Source: Bacteroidia bacterium (GTDB lineage Bacteria > Bacteroidota > Bacteroidia > Bacteroidales > VadinHA17). Taken from it: a stretch of 64,000 bases of DNA. The stretch is from the NCBI GenBank assembly GCA_026391215.1, contig JAPLDX010000058.1, forward strand, positions 32,001 to 96,000. Direction: 5' to 3'. The position numbers were made by a program, and so were the translations under genes. Below the pieces are notes generated by a model. It was given only the letters and a program-made list of their open reading frames with translations. It did not search any database and had not been told where the DNA came from. Below are positions 40,901 through 50,448 of the stretch, piece by piece; the first letter of the stretch is position 1, and each line of letters starts with the position of its first letter.

Positions 40901-41362
40901 GATATATCGGATATTGTATTTCTGGAGCCTGGAAAATTTGACAATATGCGAACTGATCAGATGGCACAGGAAATAGACAGAATAAATGAGAAAATGCTTA
41001 AGGAGGGTCGTCGTTATGTCCTGATTGGACCAGGCAGATGGGGTACCAGGGATAAATTTATAGGGATACCTGTTGTGTGGTCCCAGATATCAAATGCAAA
41101 GGTAATTGTTGAAATAAGCCTTCCGGATTTCCATATCGATGCTTCCCTGGGATCCCACTTCTTTCACAATGTTATAGCAATGAATGTTGGTTATTTTTCT
41201 GTCGATCAGACCATGCAGGACGGAAGTATAAACTGGGAAAAGCTCAAAATGCAGGAAACCATCGAATGTGGAGATTATTTCAGCCATGTCCGTTTCGAAA
41301 AACCGCTCATGATAAGAATGGATGGAAGAAAGGGAATAGCTGTGATCACAATGAATCAGTAA
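37916..41362 (+). CDS. PEP-synthase/PPDK N-terminal ATP-grasp protein with GAF-like and receiver-like N-terminal domains (paralog A)
   Basis: ERLKEL...AWQYP...EGPFMKEE sensor-like domain; ILIVEDS/VISD receiver-like; GGKGRGL, AVRSSSLFED, EIEFA..LLQIKP; GPGRWG...SLGSHFF. Confidence 0.8.
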   Translation: MEDNNHINPEFKKLLHDQQERLKELGCINQTTYILKEGKPIEETLQQIVLLLPAAWQYPEYTSARIKFMGKTFETPDFQESTWKMIQDFNTLDDEKGTIEIFYIREFTLEKEGPFMKEERDLIRNIASLITGYINSYKARDFIRLTKPDKEEDVDLKNISNRKLLQKFLERHNAERDVFHDLQLFKVKEILLVANLYDAYSIEGEGRFADHILGEYYQLSLTSLPRVTGVSSEEEAFNKLKSRHYDMIIIMIGIHKESPMITCKKIKDKYPYMPTFLLLNNPDDVPFVRKQKSSGIPFDNYFVWTGESKVFFAMVKLLEDKVNVDNDTKKGLVRVILIVEDSAAYYSSYLPMLYTLVLEQTRNLIEDVSTDALYKVLRLRARPKILLTSNWEDAITIYNKYKDSLLCVISDMRFPRNGVMHETAGYELIQQIKMDLPNLPTVLQSADADNARYAYTLKSNFINKNSESLLQDLKSFINYYLGFGHFVYRDDKGRQIAVAKSMKEFETYLETVPEDSLAYHAMKNHFSLWLMARGEVKIAKLINPIKATDFQSLKELRAFLLNIIRKRRREMNKGRVVNFEESVVIDETNVVSLAGGSLGGKGRGLAFINTLIYSFELGRLLPGINIKAPVTGIIGTDEFDMFMERNHLWDSVKEEKAFSVLQKIFLKANLSYTLEKKLRTLLKQTEKPLAVRSSSLFEDSMSQPFSGVFGTYLLPNNHSDFDIRLRQLSDAIKLVFCSIYSRNARTYFEAINYKIENEKMAVVLQEVVGNRFEDAYYPHISGTAQSYNFYPVAHMTPQDGFAVMAVGLGHYVVEGEKAFRFSPAYPSLDILSLNDLYENSQVHFYAVDMAKKDLNLLEGENAGLVSLDISKSEMHGTLNHSASVLNPDNDTLVPGLEIPGPRVVNFANILKYNYIPLASTIRTILDVVTEATGNPSEIEFALDLTKDKDGNASFYLLQIKPLIGTIAGYSIDPESIDKNDLILKTGKSMGNGIIDDISDIVFLEPGKFDNMRTDQMAQEIDRINEKMLKEGRRYVLIGPGRWGTRDKFIGIPVVWSQISNAKVIVEISLPDFHIDASLGSHFFHNVIAMNVGYFSVDQTMQDGSINWEKLKMQETIECGDYFSHVRFEKPLMIRMDGRKGIAVITMNQ

Positions 41363-41374
41363 AAAAATTGAAAT

Positions 41375-44350
41375 ATGACAATTGTAGAAGGGATACTTGA
41401 TCTGCAGAAATACGATTTCACTGATACATCCTTTAACCTTCTTATGCAGAAACGGATCCATAAGGTACTGATAATCTGCAGCAACTATGACAACTATATG
41501 CTTGAAGAGGATGGAAGAATTGATGAGCAGATATTCAATGAATATGTATCCCTGAACCTGAGGTATCCTCCTGTATTTGTTCAGACAGACAATGCTGACG
41601 ATGCTTTTAATATCCTCCAGGGAGGCGATGTGGACCTGGTAATATCAATGTTAAGCCTTAAGGGAACTGATGTTTTTGCCCTGGCTAAAAGGATCAAGGA
41701 GCAGTATGAAGATATTCCAATTGTGGTGCTTACATACTTTTCACGGGAAGTTTCCTTAAGGCTCGAAGGAGAGGACCTCAGTGCCATTGATTATGTATTC
41801 TGCTGGCTGGGCGATGCTGCTCTTATCCTGGCAATAATAAAGCTTATTGAAGATAAGATGAACGCCGAGCACGATATTGAAAGTATTGGCGTTCAGTCTA
41901 TTATCCTTGTGGAGAACTCAATAAGATATATTTCATCATACCTGCCAAACCTTTACCGCATTGTGCTGATGCAATCGCTTGATTTCCAGAGAGAAGCATT
42001 GAATGAGCACCAGCGGATGCTGAAGATGAGAGGACGCCCGAAGATATTGCTTGCCACTAATTTCGAAGAGGCATTGACCCTGTATAATAAATATAAATAC
42101 AATGTTCTGGGCGTGATCTCCGATATCAGCTATAAAAAGGATGGTGTCCAGGATGAAAATGCCGGTATCGAGCTGTGCAAGGTTGTAATGGCCAATGATG
42201 ATAAAGTTCCTTTTCTTCTTCAGTCATCAAGTTATGAGCATCGAAGGTATGCTGAAGAGCTTGGTGCAGGTTATATCAACAAATATTCAAAATCGCTGGC
42301 TCTTGAGCTTCGTAATTTCATAATACAAAACCTTGCATTCGGACCGTTCGTTTTCAGAAATCCTGATACTCTGGAACCCATAGCCATTGCAACAGACCTG
42401 CAAAGCCTTCAGCAAAAGCTTCTTACAATTCCGGATAATTGCCTGGAGTACCATGCAACGAGGAATCATTTCTCTAAATGGCTTAATGCAAGGGCTTTAT
42501 TTCCTGTCGCTCAGATGTTTAAATACATCCGCAAGGAGGATTTTGAAACTATGGATGAAATGAGGAGGTTTCTTTATGTTGCCATATCAAGCTTCAGATT
42601 GGGAAAAGGACGGGGAGTGATAGCAAAGTTCGATAAATCAACATTCGATGAATACCAGATATTTTCACGTATAGGGGAAGGATCAATTGGTGGAAAAGCG
42701 AGGGGACTAGCATTCATTAACAGGATGATCAAGAATAATAAGCTGTTCAATAAGTTTCCTGATGTTTTGATAACAATCCCGCGGACTGTAGTATTAAGCA
42801 CCGATATCTTCGATGAATTCATGGATCATAACAACCTGTATTCGGTTGCCCTTTCGGACCTTTCAGATGACGAGATACTTAACAGGTTCATTAATGCTGA
42901 ACTTCCGGGAAGAGTATATCAGGATTTTTATGCTTTTCTGGCCGTTTCGAGAAATCACCCATTGGCTGTCCGCTCTTCAAGCAAGCTGGAAGATTCACAT
43001 TATCAGCCATTTGCTGGTGTCTATTCGACATATATGATACCCAGGCTTGCAGATAATAAGCTTATGGTAAAGATGCTGTCTGATGCTATAAAAGAAGTCT
43101 ATGCATCTGTATATTATAAAGCCAGCAAGGCATATATGACCGCTACATCGAATGTGATTGACGAGGAAAAAATGGGCATTGTTCTGCAGGAGATCTGTGG
43201 CAACAGGCATGGTGACATTTTCTATCCGACAATATCAGGTGTTGCCCAGTCTATTAATTACTATCCAATTGGGTCAGAAAAGGCGGAGGATGGCATTGCC
43301 AATGTGGCATTTGGACTGGGAAAACTAATCGTCGAAGGAGGAATATCACTGCGTTTCTGTCCGAAAATGCCTGGGAAAGCATTGCAGCTTTCATCTCCGG
43401 AATCTGCCCTCAGAGATACTCAGAAAGAATTCCGTGCCCTCGATCTTAATATGAACAGCTTTGTCCCTTCAACTGATGACGGGATTAATATTCCAAGGAT
43501 TGACATTAAGGATGCAAACAACGACGGGGCTATGAAATTCATTGCCTCTACGTACGATCATGAAAATAATGTTCTTCATGATGGATTATTTAACGCAGGG
43601 AAAAGAGTAATAACTTTTTCCGGAATTTTACAGCACAAATCCTTCCCTTTGGCTGAGACCCTTACAACACTGCTTGATATAGGCCAGAGGGAAATGAATA
43701 ATCCCATTGAAATTGAATTTGCCGTCAACCTCGAAACTCCTCCGGGTACGCCCAAAGTTTTTAACTTCCTGCAAATAAGGCCTATAGTGAATTCAGATGA
43801 GACATACAGCATCAATCTTGAGAAAGTTAAAACAGAAGAAACGATCATTCTTTCCAAATCAGCTCTCGGGAATGGTCTCTTTAAAGGAATTCATGACCTG
43901 ATTTATGTCAAACCTGAATCATTTAATGCAGCTCAGAATAAGACTGTTGCAGGTGTAATTGAAAATCTTAATTCAGGATTTGCCAAAGAAGGGAGAGGAT
44001 ATGTTCTTATTGGACCTGGACGCTGGGGCTCTACAGATCCCTGGCTTGGAATACCTGTCAAATGGCCCCAGATATCTGCAGCCAGGATCATCATAGAATC
44101 GGGATTAAAGAATTACAGGATAGACCCGAGTCAGGGAACTCACTTCTTCCAGAATCTTACATCATTCGGAGTCGGCTATTTTACGATAAATCCCTATATC
44201 AACGAAGGTTACTACAATGTAGATTTTCTGAACCGGCTTAGTGTGGTTTATGAAGACAGCTTCGTGCGGCATGTTCACTTTGAAAATCCACTCGAAATTA
44301 TGATCGATGGGAAGAGACATATGGGAGCAATAATGAAACCGGGGAATTAA
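41375..44350 (+). CDS. PEP-synthase/PPDK N-terminal ATP-grasp protein with receiver-like domains (paralog B)
   Basis: GGKARGL, AVRSSSKLED, EIEFA..FLQIRP, GPGRWG...SQGTHFF; collinear with paralog A minus the GAF-like part. Confidence 0.8.
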   Translation: MTIVEGILDLQKYDFTDTSFNLLMQKRIHKVLIICSNYDNYMLEEDGRIDEQIFNEYVSLNLRYPPVFVQTDNADDAFNILQGGDVDLVISMLSLKGTDVFALAKRIKEQYEDIPIVVLTYFSREVSLRLEGEDLSAIDYVFCWLGDAALILAIIKLIEDKMNAEHDIESIGVQSIILVENSIRYISSYLPNLYRIVLMQSLDFQREALNEHQRMLKMRGRPKILLATNFEEALTLYNKYKYNVLGVISDISYKKDGVQDENAGIELCKVVMANDDKVPFLLQSSSYEHRRYAEELGAGYINKYSKSLALELRNFIIQNLAFGPFVFRNPDTLEPIAIATDLQSLQQKLLTIPDNCLEYHATRNHFSKWLNARALFPVAQMFKYIRKEDFETMDEMRRFLYVAISSFRLGKGRGVIAKFDKSTFDEYQIFSRIGEGSIGGKARGLAFINRMIKNNKLFNKFPDVLITIPRTVVLSTDIFDEFMDHNNLYSVALSDLSDDEILNRFINAELPGRVYQDFYAFLAVSRNHPLAVRSSSKLEDSHYQPFAGVYSTYMIPRLADNKLMVKMLSDAIKEVYASVYYKASKAYMTATSNVIDEEKMGIVLQEICGNRHGDIFYPTISGVAQSINYYPIGSEKAEDGIANVAFGLGKLIVEGGISLRFCPKMPGKALQLSSPESALRDTQKEFRALDLNMNSFVPSTDDGINIPRIDIKDANNDGAMKFIASTYDHENNVLHDGLFNAGKRVITFSGILQHKSFPLAETLTTLLDIGQREMNNPIEIEFAVNLETPPGTPKVFNFLQIRPIVNSDETYSINLEKVKTEETIILSKSALGNGLFKGIHDLIYVKPESFNAAQNKTVAGVIENLNSGFAKEGRGYVLIGPGRWGSTDPWLGIPVKWPQISAARIIIESGLKNYRIDPSQGTHFFQNLTSFGVGYFTINPYINEGYYNVDFLNRLSVVYEDSFVRHVHFENPLEIMIDGKRHMGAIMKPGN

Positions 44351-44390
44351 CGGCACAACGGCATAACAATCTGGAGATGCCGGGAGTTAA

Positions 44391-45272
44391 TCAGAAAACA
44401 ACCCCGTCAGTTGGAATATCCTTATTCACTTTTTTTATCAGTCCCTGAAGTACGCTTCCCGGACCCACTTCAGTAAAAGAAGTTGCTCCTCCGGCAATCA
44501 TGTTCAGGATGGTCTGTGTCCATCTTACCGGAGATGTAAGTTGCATGACAAGGTTTTTCCTTATAGTATCCGGATCGGTGGAATGATCAGCGTTAACATT
44601 CTGGTATACAGGGCATACCGGTCTGTTGAAATTTGTTGATCTGATGGCTTCCTCAAGCTCTGCTCTTGCCGGTTCCATGAGTGGTGAATGGAATGCACCG
44701 CCGACTGCCAGCTTAATGGCCCGCTTAACTCCTTTTTCCTTAAGAGCTTCAATAGCCTTGTCTATTCCTTCATTTGAGCCGGAGATAACTATCTGTCCCG
44801 GACTGTTATAATTGGCAGGTACCACAATTTCAGGAATGGAAGCACAAACATCCTCAACCATTTTATCATCCGCACCTATTATTGCAGCCATTGATGAAGG
44901 TGTCCTTTCACATGCTTTTTGCATTGCCATAGCTCTTTTTGACACAAGGATCAGCCCGTCTTCAAATAATAATGCTCTGCTGGCAACCAGCGCAGAGAAC
45001 TCCCCAAGTGAATGTCCTGCAACCATGTCCGGTTCAAATGCCTTACCGATAACTGCAGCAAGAATTGCTGAATGAAGAAAGATAGCAGGTTGTGTTACCC
45101 GGGTCTGTCTTAGATCTTCATCAGTGCCGTTGAACATTATATCAGTGATCCTGAAACCTAACAGATTATTGGCGTTTTCGAACATCTCTTTACCGGCTGC
45201 AGATCTTTCATAAAGATCCTTTCCCATACCTATATACTGTGCTCCCTGACCAGGGAAAACATATGCCTTCAT
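44391..45272 (-). CDS. fabD: Malonyl CoA-ACP transacylase
   Basis: FPGQGAQ, GHSLGE, AFHS, EVGPG. Confidence 0.97.
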   Translation of the reverse strand: MKAYVFPGQGAQYIGMGKDLYERSAAGKEMFENANNLLGFRITDIMFNGTDEDLRQTRVTQPAIFLHSAILAAVIGKAFEPDMVAGHSLGEFSALVASRALLFEDGLILVSKRAMAMQKACERTPSSMAAIIGADDKMVEDVCASIPEIVVPANYNSPGQIVISGSNEGIDKAIEALKEKGVKRAIKLAVGGAFHSPLMEPARAELEEAIRSTNFNRPVCPVYQNVNADHSTDPDTIRKNLVMQLTSPVRWTQTILNMIAGGATSFTEVGPGSVLQGLIKKVNKDIPTDGVVF

Positions 45273-45303
45273 AGTTAGAAATTTGGATTAAATGCCGTCT
45301 CTG

Positions 45304-45951
45304 TTAATGCAGCCTTGATCCTATCAGATGAACAAACTCTTCGCGGGTATTCATATTTTCAAGAAATATTCCCGTGAAAGCTGATGTTGTAGTTACTGAA
45401 TTCTGCTTCTGGACACCCCTGATCTGCATGCACATATGCTGAGCTTCAATAACGACTGCAACACCAAGCGGCTTCAGGGTGTCCTGGATACAGTTCCTTA
45501 TCTGGGTGGTAAGTCTTTCCTGAACCTGCAGCCTCCTTGAATAAGCTTCAACTACGCGGGCGATCTTGCTTAATCCTGTGATATAGCCATCAGGTATATA
45601 TGCAACATGTGCTTTACCAAAGAACGGAAGCATGTGATGTTCGCACATCGAATAGAGATCAATGTCTTTTACAATGACCATCTGCCTGTATTCCTCCTTG
45701 AACATAGCCGAGGAAAGGATCTGTACAGGATCCATATTGTATCCAACGGTAAGGTAACTCATAGCTTTTGCCACCCTGACAGGTGTACGCAGCAATCCTT
45801 CCCTCTCAGGATCCTCACCAAGGAGCACCAGGATTCGTTTGTACATGACTGCCATCTCTTCAATGGTCTCAGCATTCCATGTCTCAATTTTATTATATCC
45901 ATCTTCTGTAGGTCCTGAACCGTCGTTAAATTTCTCAATTTTCTTAGCCAT
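45304..45951 (-). CDS. folE: GTP cyclohydrolase I (start corrected to MAKKIE)
   Basis: [33 protein letters not shown]. Confidence 0.96.
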   Translation of the reverse strand: MAKKIEKFNDGSGPTEDGYNKIETWNAETIEEMAVMYKRILVLLGEDPEREGLLRTPVRVAKAMSYLTVGYNMDPVQILSSAMFKEEYRQMVIVKDIDLYSMCEHHMLPFFGKAHVAYIPDGYITGLSKIARVVEAYSRRLQVQERLTTQIRNCIQDTLKPLGVAVVIEAQHMCMQIRGVQKQNSVTTTSAFTGIFLENMNTREEFVHLIGSRLH

Positions 45952-46354
45952 AGTATTCAATAGTATTATTTTCCGTTTCTTCAATTTTGACGCAATAAAG
46001 CTGTGCACCTTCTTTTTCAACCGGATCCTTCAGTTCATTCCAGATGGCTGTTGCAAGGTTTTCTGTTGTTGCAATTTTCCCCTTCATGAATTCAACTTCA
46101 AGATTGATATTTTTGTGATCAATTTTCAAGATCACTTTTTCCTGGATTATTTTTTTAAGGATGTCAATATTCATCACAAAGCCCTGGTTATCAGATGGTT
46201 TTCCTTTAATAGTTACCCAGAGTATATAATTATGTCCGTGCCAGTTTGGATTTGAGCATTTGCCAAAAACCTCCCTGTTCTTTTCATCAGACCAGTCCTG
46301 CCTGAACATCCTGTGTGCAGCACTAAATCTTTCTCTGCGTGTAAGATAGATCAT
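45944..46354 (-). CDS. queD: 6-carboxytetrahydropterin synthase (PTPS/QueD)
   Basis: [30 protein letters not shown]. Confidence 0.92.
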   Translation of the reverse strand: MIYLTRRERFSAAHRMFRQDWSDEKNREVFGKCSNPNWHGHNYILWVTIKGKPSDNQGFVMNIDILKKIIQEKVILKIDHKNINLEVEFMKGKIATTENLATAIWNELKDPVEKEGAQLYCVKIEETENNTIEYYG

Positions 46355-46441
46355 ATCACAGTGCGTTTAATTACAATATTAACTAATAAAGTTAAGGTTT
46401 TAAATGGTTTTAAATAATATATTTATGCATTGTAATCGTTA

Positions 46442-47137
46442 ATGAGGGTTGAACAGAGTCGAAGAATGTTGAAAGAAGTCTTAATAGTAGTTGCAACTGA
46501 TGCTGAAGCTGATGCTTTCAGGAAAATCAACGGTATAAAGTCTCATGAAAATGGTTTTCACTTCGGCAAATGTAATATCACACTTCTGGTCACAGGGGTA
46601 GGTTCCATTGCAACAGCATGGTCCATGACGAAATGGTTTTATTCTAATTTCCATCCGGAAATTGCCTTAAATATAGGTATTGCAGGCAGTTACAGGGACG
46701 ATATTAAGCCGGGAGAAGTAGTCGTCCCGGTATCGGATTGTTTTGCTGATGCTGGTATTGAAACAGAAGATGGTTTTATGACACTTGCTGAAGCCGGGAT
46801 GGAAGGCCCTCCATTCAGTGGAGGCAAGATCATTGCTGACAGCAAATATGTATCCCTGATACTGAAATTCTTAAGGCCCGTAGATGGCATCACCGTGAAT
46901 ACTGCTACAGGTTCTCTGAGTTCCATGGAAAAGGTAAGAAAGAAATTTAATCCCGATATCGAAACGATGGAGGGTGCGACTTTTTTTTATATTTGCAGCC
47001 GGGAAAAAGTACCTTTCATAGCAATTAGATCAATTTCGAACAGAGTTGGGCCCCGTGATAAGAGCAAATGGGATATACCGCTGGCTATCAATAATTTATC
47101 AGAAAGGCTGAAAGATATTTTAATAATGTTTGATTAA
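46442..47137 (+). CDS. mqnB: Futalosine hydrolase (MTAN-like)
   Basis: TGVG, NIGIAG, ITVNT, ETMEGA, IRSISNRV..RDKSKW; adjacent to mqnD. Confidence 0.85.
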   Translation: MRVEQSRRMLKEVLIVVATDAEADAFRKINGIKSHENGFHFGKCNITLLVTGVGSIATAWSMTKWFYSNFHPEIALNIGIAGSYRDDIKPGEVVVPVSDCFADAGIETEDGFMTLAEAGMEGPPFSGGKIIADSKYVSLILKFLRPVDGITVNTATGSLSSMEKVRKKFNPDIETMEGATFFYICSREKVPFIAIRSISNRVGPRDKSKWDIPLAINNLSERLKDILIMFD

Positions 47138-47141
47138 AGAG

Positions 47142-47975
47142 ATGAAACTGACACTGGGTTTCTCACCTTGCCCAAACGACACATTTATTTTTGATGCCAT
47201 GGTGCACGGGAGAATAGATACTGAAGGGCTGAAGTTCGATTATTTTCTTGCTGATATAGAAGAGCTCAATAAAAGGGCATTCTCAGGGGATGTTGATATT
47301 ACAAAGATAAGCTTCTATGCTTATGCTTATGCGGCTCAGAATTACCTTATCCTTGATTCTGGAAGCGCCCTTGGTCACAAGAATGGTCCTCTCCTGATAA
47401 GTAAAAGAAGGATGGAATCCTCTGAACTTATTGACGCAAGAATTGCAATTCCCGGCAAATATACAACTGCAAATCTTCTCTTCAGCATATTCTGGCCAGA
47501 AGCGATAAATAAAACCGAATATCTTTTTTCAGATATTGAGGAGGCCTTGCTGAAGGAAGAAGTCGATGCAGGTCTCATAATCCATGAAAGCCGTTTCACA
47601 TATCATAAGAAAGGACTTCAAAAAATTGCAGATATGGGCGAATATTGGGAAAAATTTACCAGGCTGCCTATACCCCTTGGTACAATCGTAATCAACAGAA
47701 AAGTACCTGTTGAAACAGCTCTGAAAGTCAATCGTATTATCAACCGTAGCCTTGAATATGCTTATAACGACTCTCTTGCATCGTATGATTTTATTTTATC
47801 CAATGCTCAGGAGATGGAGAACACCGTCATGAATAAGCACATCAAGCTGTTCGTGAATAAATACACATCAAATCTTGGCAGGGATGGAAAGAAAGCTATC
47901 AGAGAGCTTTACCGGATTGCCAGGGGAAAAATGATTATTCCGGAATTACCGGAAGAGATCTTTCTGACAAAATGA
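47142..47975 (+). CDS. mqnD: 1,4-dihydroxy-6-naphthoate synthase
   Basis: GFSPCPNDTFIF, PGKYTTA, LIIHESRFTY, LPIPLG. Confidence 0.93.
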   Translation: MKLTLGFSPCPNDTFIFDAMVHGRIDTEGLKFDYFLADIEELNKRAFSGDVDITKISFYAYAYAAQNYLILDSGSALGHKNGPLLISKRRMESSELIDARIAIPGKYTTANLLFSIFWPEAINKTEYLFSDIEEALLKEEVDAGLIIHESRFTYHKKGLQKIADMGEYWEKFTRLPIPLGTIVINRKVPVETALKVNRIINRSLEYAYNDSLASYDFILSNAQEMENTVMNKHIKLFVNKYTSNLGRDGKKAIRELYRIARGKMIIPELPEEIFLTK

Positions 47976-48031
47976 ATATAAATGCCTGAAAAAATTTACT
48001 ATTTTAGGTGTTCAGGTAAATAAGGTATCCA

Positions 48032-48604
48032 ATGAAACTAAAAGATCTTGTACTTAAAACCCGTTCGTACAGACGATTTGATGAATCGCATAGTATTGAA
48101 TATAAAACGCTTGAAGGACTTGTCGAACTTGCCAGGCTGTCAGCCTCCGGTGCCAACAGGCAGCCTTTGAAGTATGTAATCTGCAATTCACCCGGGGATT
48201 GTGCAAGAGTTTATCCTTCGGTGGTATGGGCAGCCTATCTTAAGGAATGGAATGGTCCGGAACCGGGGGAAAGACCTTCAGGATATATTATCATCCTTGG
48301 AGATAAATCAATCTCTGAAAGTTTCGGAGTGGACCATGGTATAGCAGCACAAAGTATAATGCTTGGCGCAACAGAAACCGGCCTGGGGGGCTGTATGATA
48401 GCCTCAATAAAGCGCGAACAACTTCGTGCTGAAATTAAAATTCCTGAAAAATATGAGATACTGCTTATACTGGCACTGGGCAAGCCAGTTGAAAATGTGA
48501 TTATTGATGAAATAAATGATGGTGATGTAAAATACTGGAGAGACAAAAATCAAAACCATCATGTACCAAAACGTCCTCTGAGTGAGTTAATAATTAAGCT
48601 TTAA
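48032..48604 (+). CDS. Nitroreductase family protein
   Basis: RSYRRF, SASGANRQP, DHGIAAQSIMLGA, LGKP, PKR. Confidence 0.92.
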   Translation: MKLKDLVLKTRSYRRFDESHSIEYKTLEGLVELARLSASGANRQPLKYVICNSPGDCARVYPSVVWAAYLKEWNGPEPGERPSGYIIILGDKSISESFGVDHGIAAQSIMLGATETGLGGCMIASIKREQLRAEIKIPEKYEILLILALGKPVENVIIDEINDGDVKYWRDKNQNHHVPKRPLSELIIKL

Positions 48605-48617
48605 CTGATATTCAGGC

Positions 48618-49334
48618 ATGAAGAAGCACTATTTTATCCTGTTATTTTTATGCTTTGCTTTCAGCTCATTAAAAGGCCAGGTGCTAAAGGATTCCGGTAC
48701 AAGGATACTTTTCCACGGCTTGGTAATAGATGCGAAAACCCTGAGCCCCATTTCGGGATCGCAAATCATTATTAACAGTGCTTTTTCTTCAGTAAGCGAT
48801 CAACAGGGTCAGTTTGCATTTTACATCAGAATAGGCGACACGGTCACTTTCAGCAGGCTTGGTTATAAAACAGCAATCCTTAATATCAGCGATACCCTGA
48901 CAGGAAAGGAATTCGTTGCAGGTATTTATATGAGCACAGATACACTAACGATAGACGAGGTGGTGATCATCCCGAGATATTCAAATCTGCGATCGGAAAT
49001 GTTCATGTCAAAACCGGAGTCAAGTACCCAGATGGAAAATGCAAGATATAACCTTGAAGTATCCTCCTATCAGGGAAGGATGGGTCAGAGCAAACTTGGG
49101 GATCCTTCAATAAACTATGAAATCCTTAGGCAGCAGCAACGTAGTGCCGCATATTCAAAAGGTCAGATCCCTTCTGACAGGATTGTAGGAATCAGCCCTT
49201 TAATGCTGATCCCTGCAGCATATCTTCTTATGAATGGATTGCCGGAAAAGCCATCTCCTTTCAAGCCTCAGCTTACTGAGCAGGAGGTGGACCGGATCCA
49301 CCGGAAATACATTGAATCTCTCAGGAGGAAATGA
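48618..49334 (+). CDS. Exported protein with carboxypeptidase-regulatory-like N-terminal domain
   Basis: Signal peptide, GLVID...SDQQGQF...FSRLGYK...DEVVI. Confidence 0.65.
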   Translation: MKKHYFILLFLCFAFSSLKGQVLKDSGTRILFHGLVIDAKTLSPISGSQIIINSAFSSVSDQQGQFAFYIRIGDTVTFSRLGYKTAILNISDTLTGKEFVAGIYMSTDTLTIDEVVIIPRYSNLRSEMFMSKPESSTQMENARYNLEVSSYQGRMGQSKLGDPSINYEILRQQQRSAAYSKGQIPSDRIVGISPLMLIPAAYLLMNGLPEKPSPFKPQLTEQEVDRIHRKYIESLRRK

Positions 49335-49342
49335 GAATGAAA

Positions 49343-49395
49343 ATTGCGGATTGCGGATTGTTGATTGCGAATTGAAAAAATCCGAAATCCGAAAT
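49343..49395. repeat. Inverted heptamer tandem repeats between convergent genes
   Basis: ATTGCGG ATTGCGG ATTGTTG ATTGCGA facing AATCCGA AATCCGA AAT. Confidence 0.8.
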
Positions 49396-49396
49396 A

Positions 49397-50308
49397 TTAT
49401 CCTTTATAGAATATGGCTTTTATTATCTGGCTTGCCATCTTGGGATTTTCCTTTATCCTGCGGGTGCAGTAGCCGAACCATTTCTTTCCGAAAGGAACGT
49501 AAATCCTCATCTTATGTCCGTCACTTACAATAGAGTCGCGAAGATTAGGCGTAACGCCATAAAGCATCTGGAATTCATAAAGATGCGTTGAAACATTATA
49601 TTGTTTCAATAGTTGATAAGCACCGTCAATCAAAGGTTTATCATGTGTTGCAATCCCAACATGGAACTTATTTTTCAGCAGGAATTCCAGATCCTCAAGA
49701 TAGTGTTTATTGATCTCCTCGTACTTTTTATAGGAAATAGCCTCCGGCTCAACATAAATACCCTTACAAAGTCTGATACTTACAGGATAGGCTTCGCTGT
49801 TCAGGTCACTCATGCCTTTCAGATCATCAAGTGTCCTTTTGAGATATGCCTGAACAACAAGTCCCACATTAGCAGGGAATTCAGTTTTCAGTCTGCGGAA
49901 AAGCTCAACTTCGTCGGAGGTACATGGGGAATCTTCCATATCAATCCTGATAAAACCTTTATACGAGGCGGCTTTTGCAACTATTTCCCTCAGATGCCGG
50001 TAACAAACCTCCTTATCGATCAACAAACCGAAAAATGTAGGTTTTACTGAAAAATTACCAATAATTCCATTCTTAAATGTAACATCAATCAGGTCAAGAT
50101 ACTCCTGCTTGTTGGCTTCAGCTTCATCCAGATCCTTTATAAACTCTCCCAGCACGTCCAGCGTAACAAGAATATTCTTATTGTTAAAATCTTTTGACAC
50201 ACGTATTGCGTCATCAATGGTCTCACCTGAAATATATGAGTGTGAAAAGAGCCATACGAATTTCTTTGGGAAATAGGGTAATATTGCAGCAATAAATTTG
50301 TTAAACAT
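49397..50308 (-). CDS. Monofunctional proline dehydrogenase
   Basis: YISGET, LDVLGE, IDMED, QAYLKR, RLCKGIY, ATHD, EFQMLYG, YVPFG, RRIKE. Confidence 0.93.
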   Translation of the reverse strand: MFNKFIAAILPYFPKKFVWLFSHSYISGETIDDAIRVSKDFNNKNILVTLDVLGEFIKDLDEAEANKQEYLDLIDVTFKNGIIGNFSVKPTFFGLLIDKEVCYRHLREIVAKAASYKGFIRIDMEDSPCTSDEVELFRRLKTEFPANVGLVVQAYLKRTLDDLKGMSDLNSEAYPVSIRLCKGIYVEPEAISYKKYEEINKHYLEDLEFLLKNKFHVGIATHDKPLIDGAYQLLKQYNVSTHLYEFQMLYGVTPNLRDSIVSDGHKMRIYVPFGKKWFGYCTRRIKENPKMASQIIKAIFYKG

Positions 50309-50375
50309 AATCTGTATTAATTTAATAGGTTCATTTTATCAGGGGACTAATTAATATGAATTGAGTGCTTTTTTT

Positions 50376-50391
50376 AATGACCTTTGTCATT
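50376..50391. promoter_or_regulatory. Palindrome AATGAC-N4-GTCATT, Crp/Fnr-like site
   Basis: Perfect 6-bp arms in the divergent intergenic region. Confidence 0.5.
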
Positions 50392-50448
50392 GATTTAGGG
50401 TATATTGCAAATATAAAATTGTTTATTTTGAATTAATTTTTCAAACAA

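Noticed and set aside
37916-44350. Calling the two large ORFs ppsA/ppdK
   Set aside because: No PEP/pyruvate-binding TIM-barrel domain is visible, so no gene symbol was assigned.
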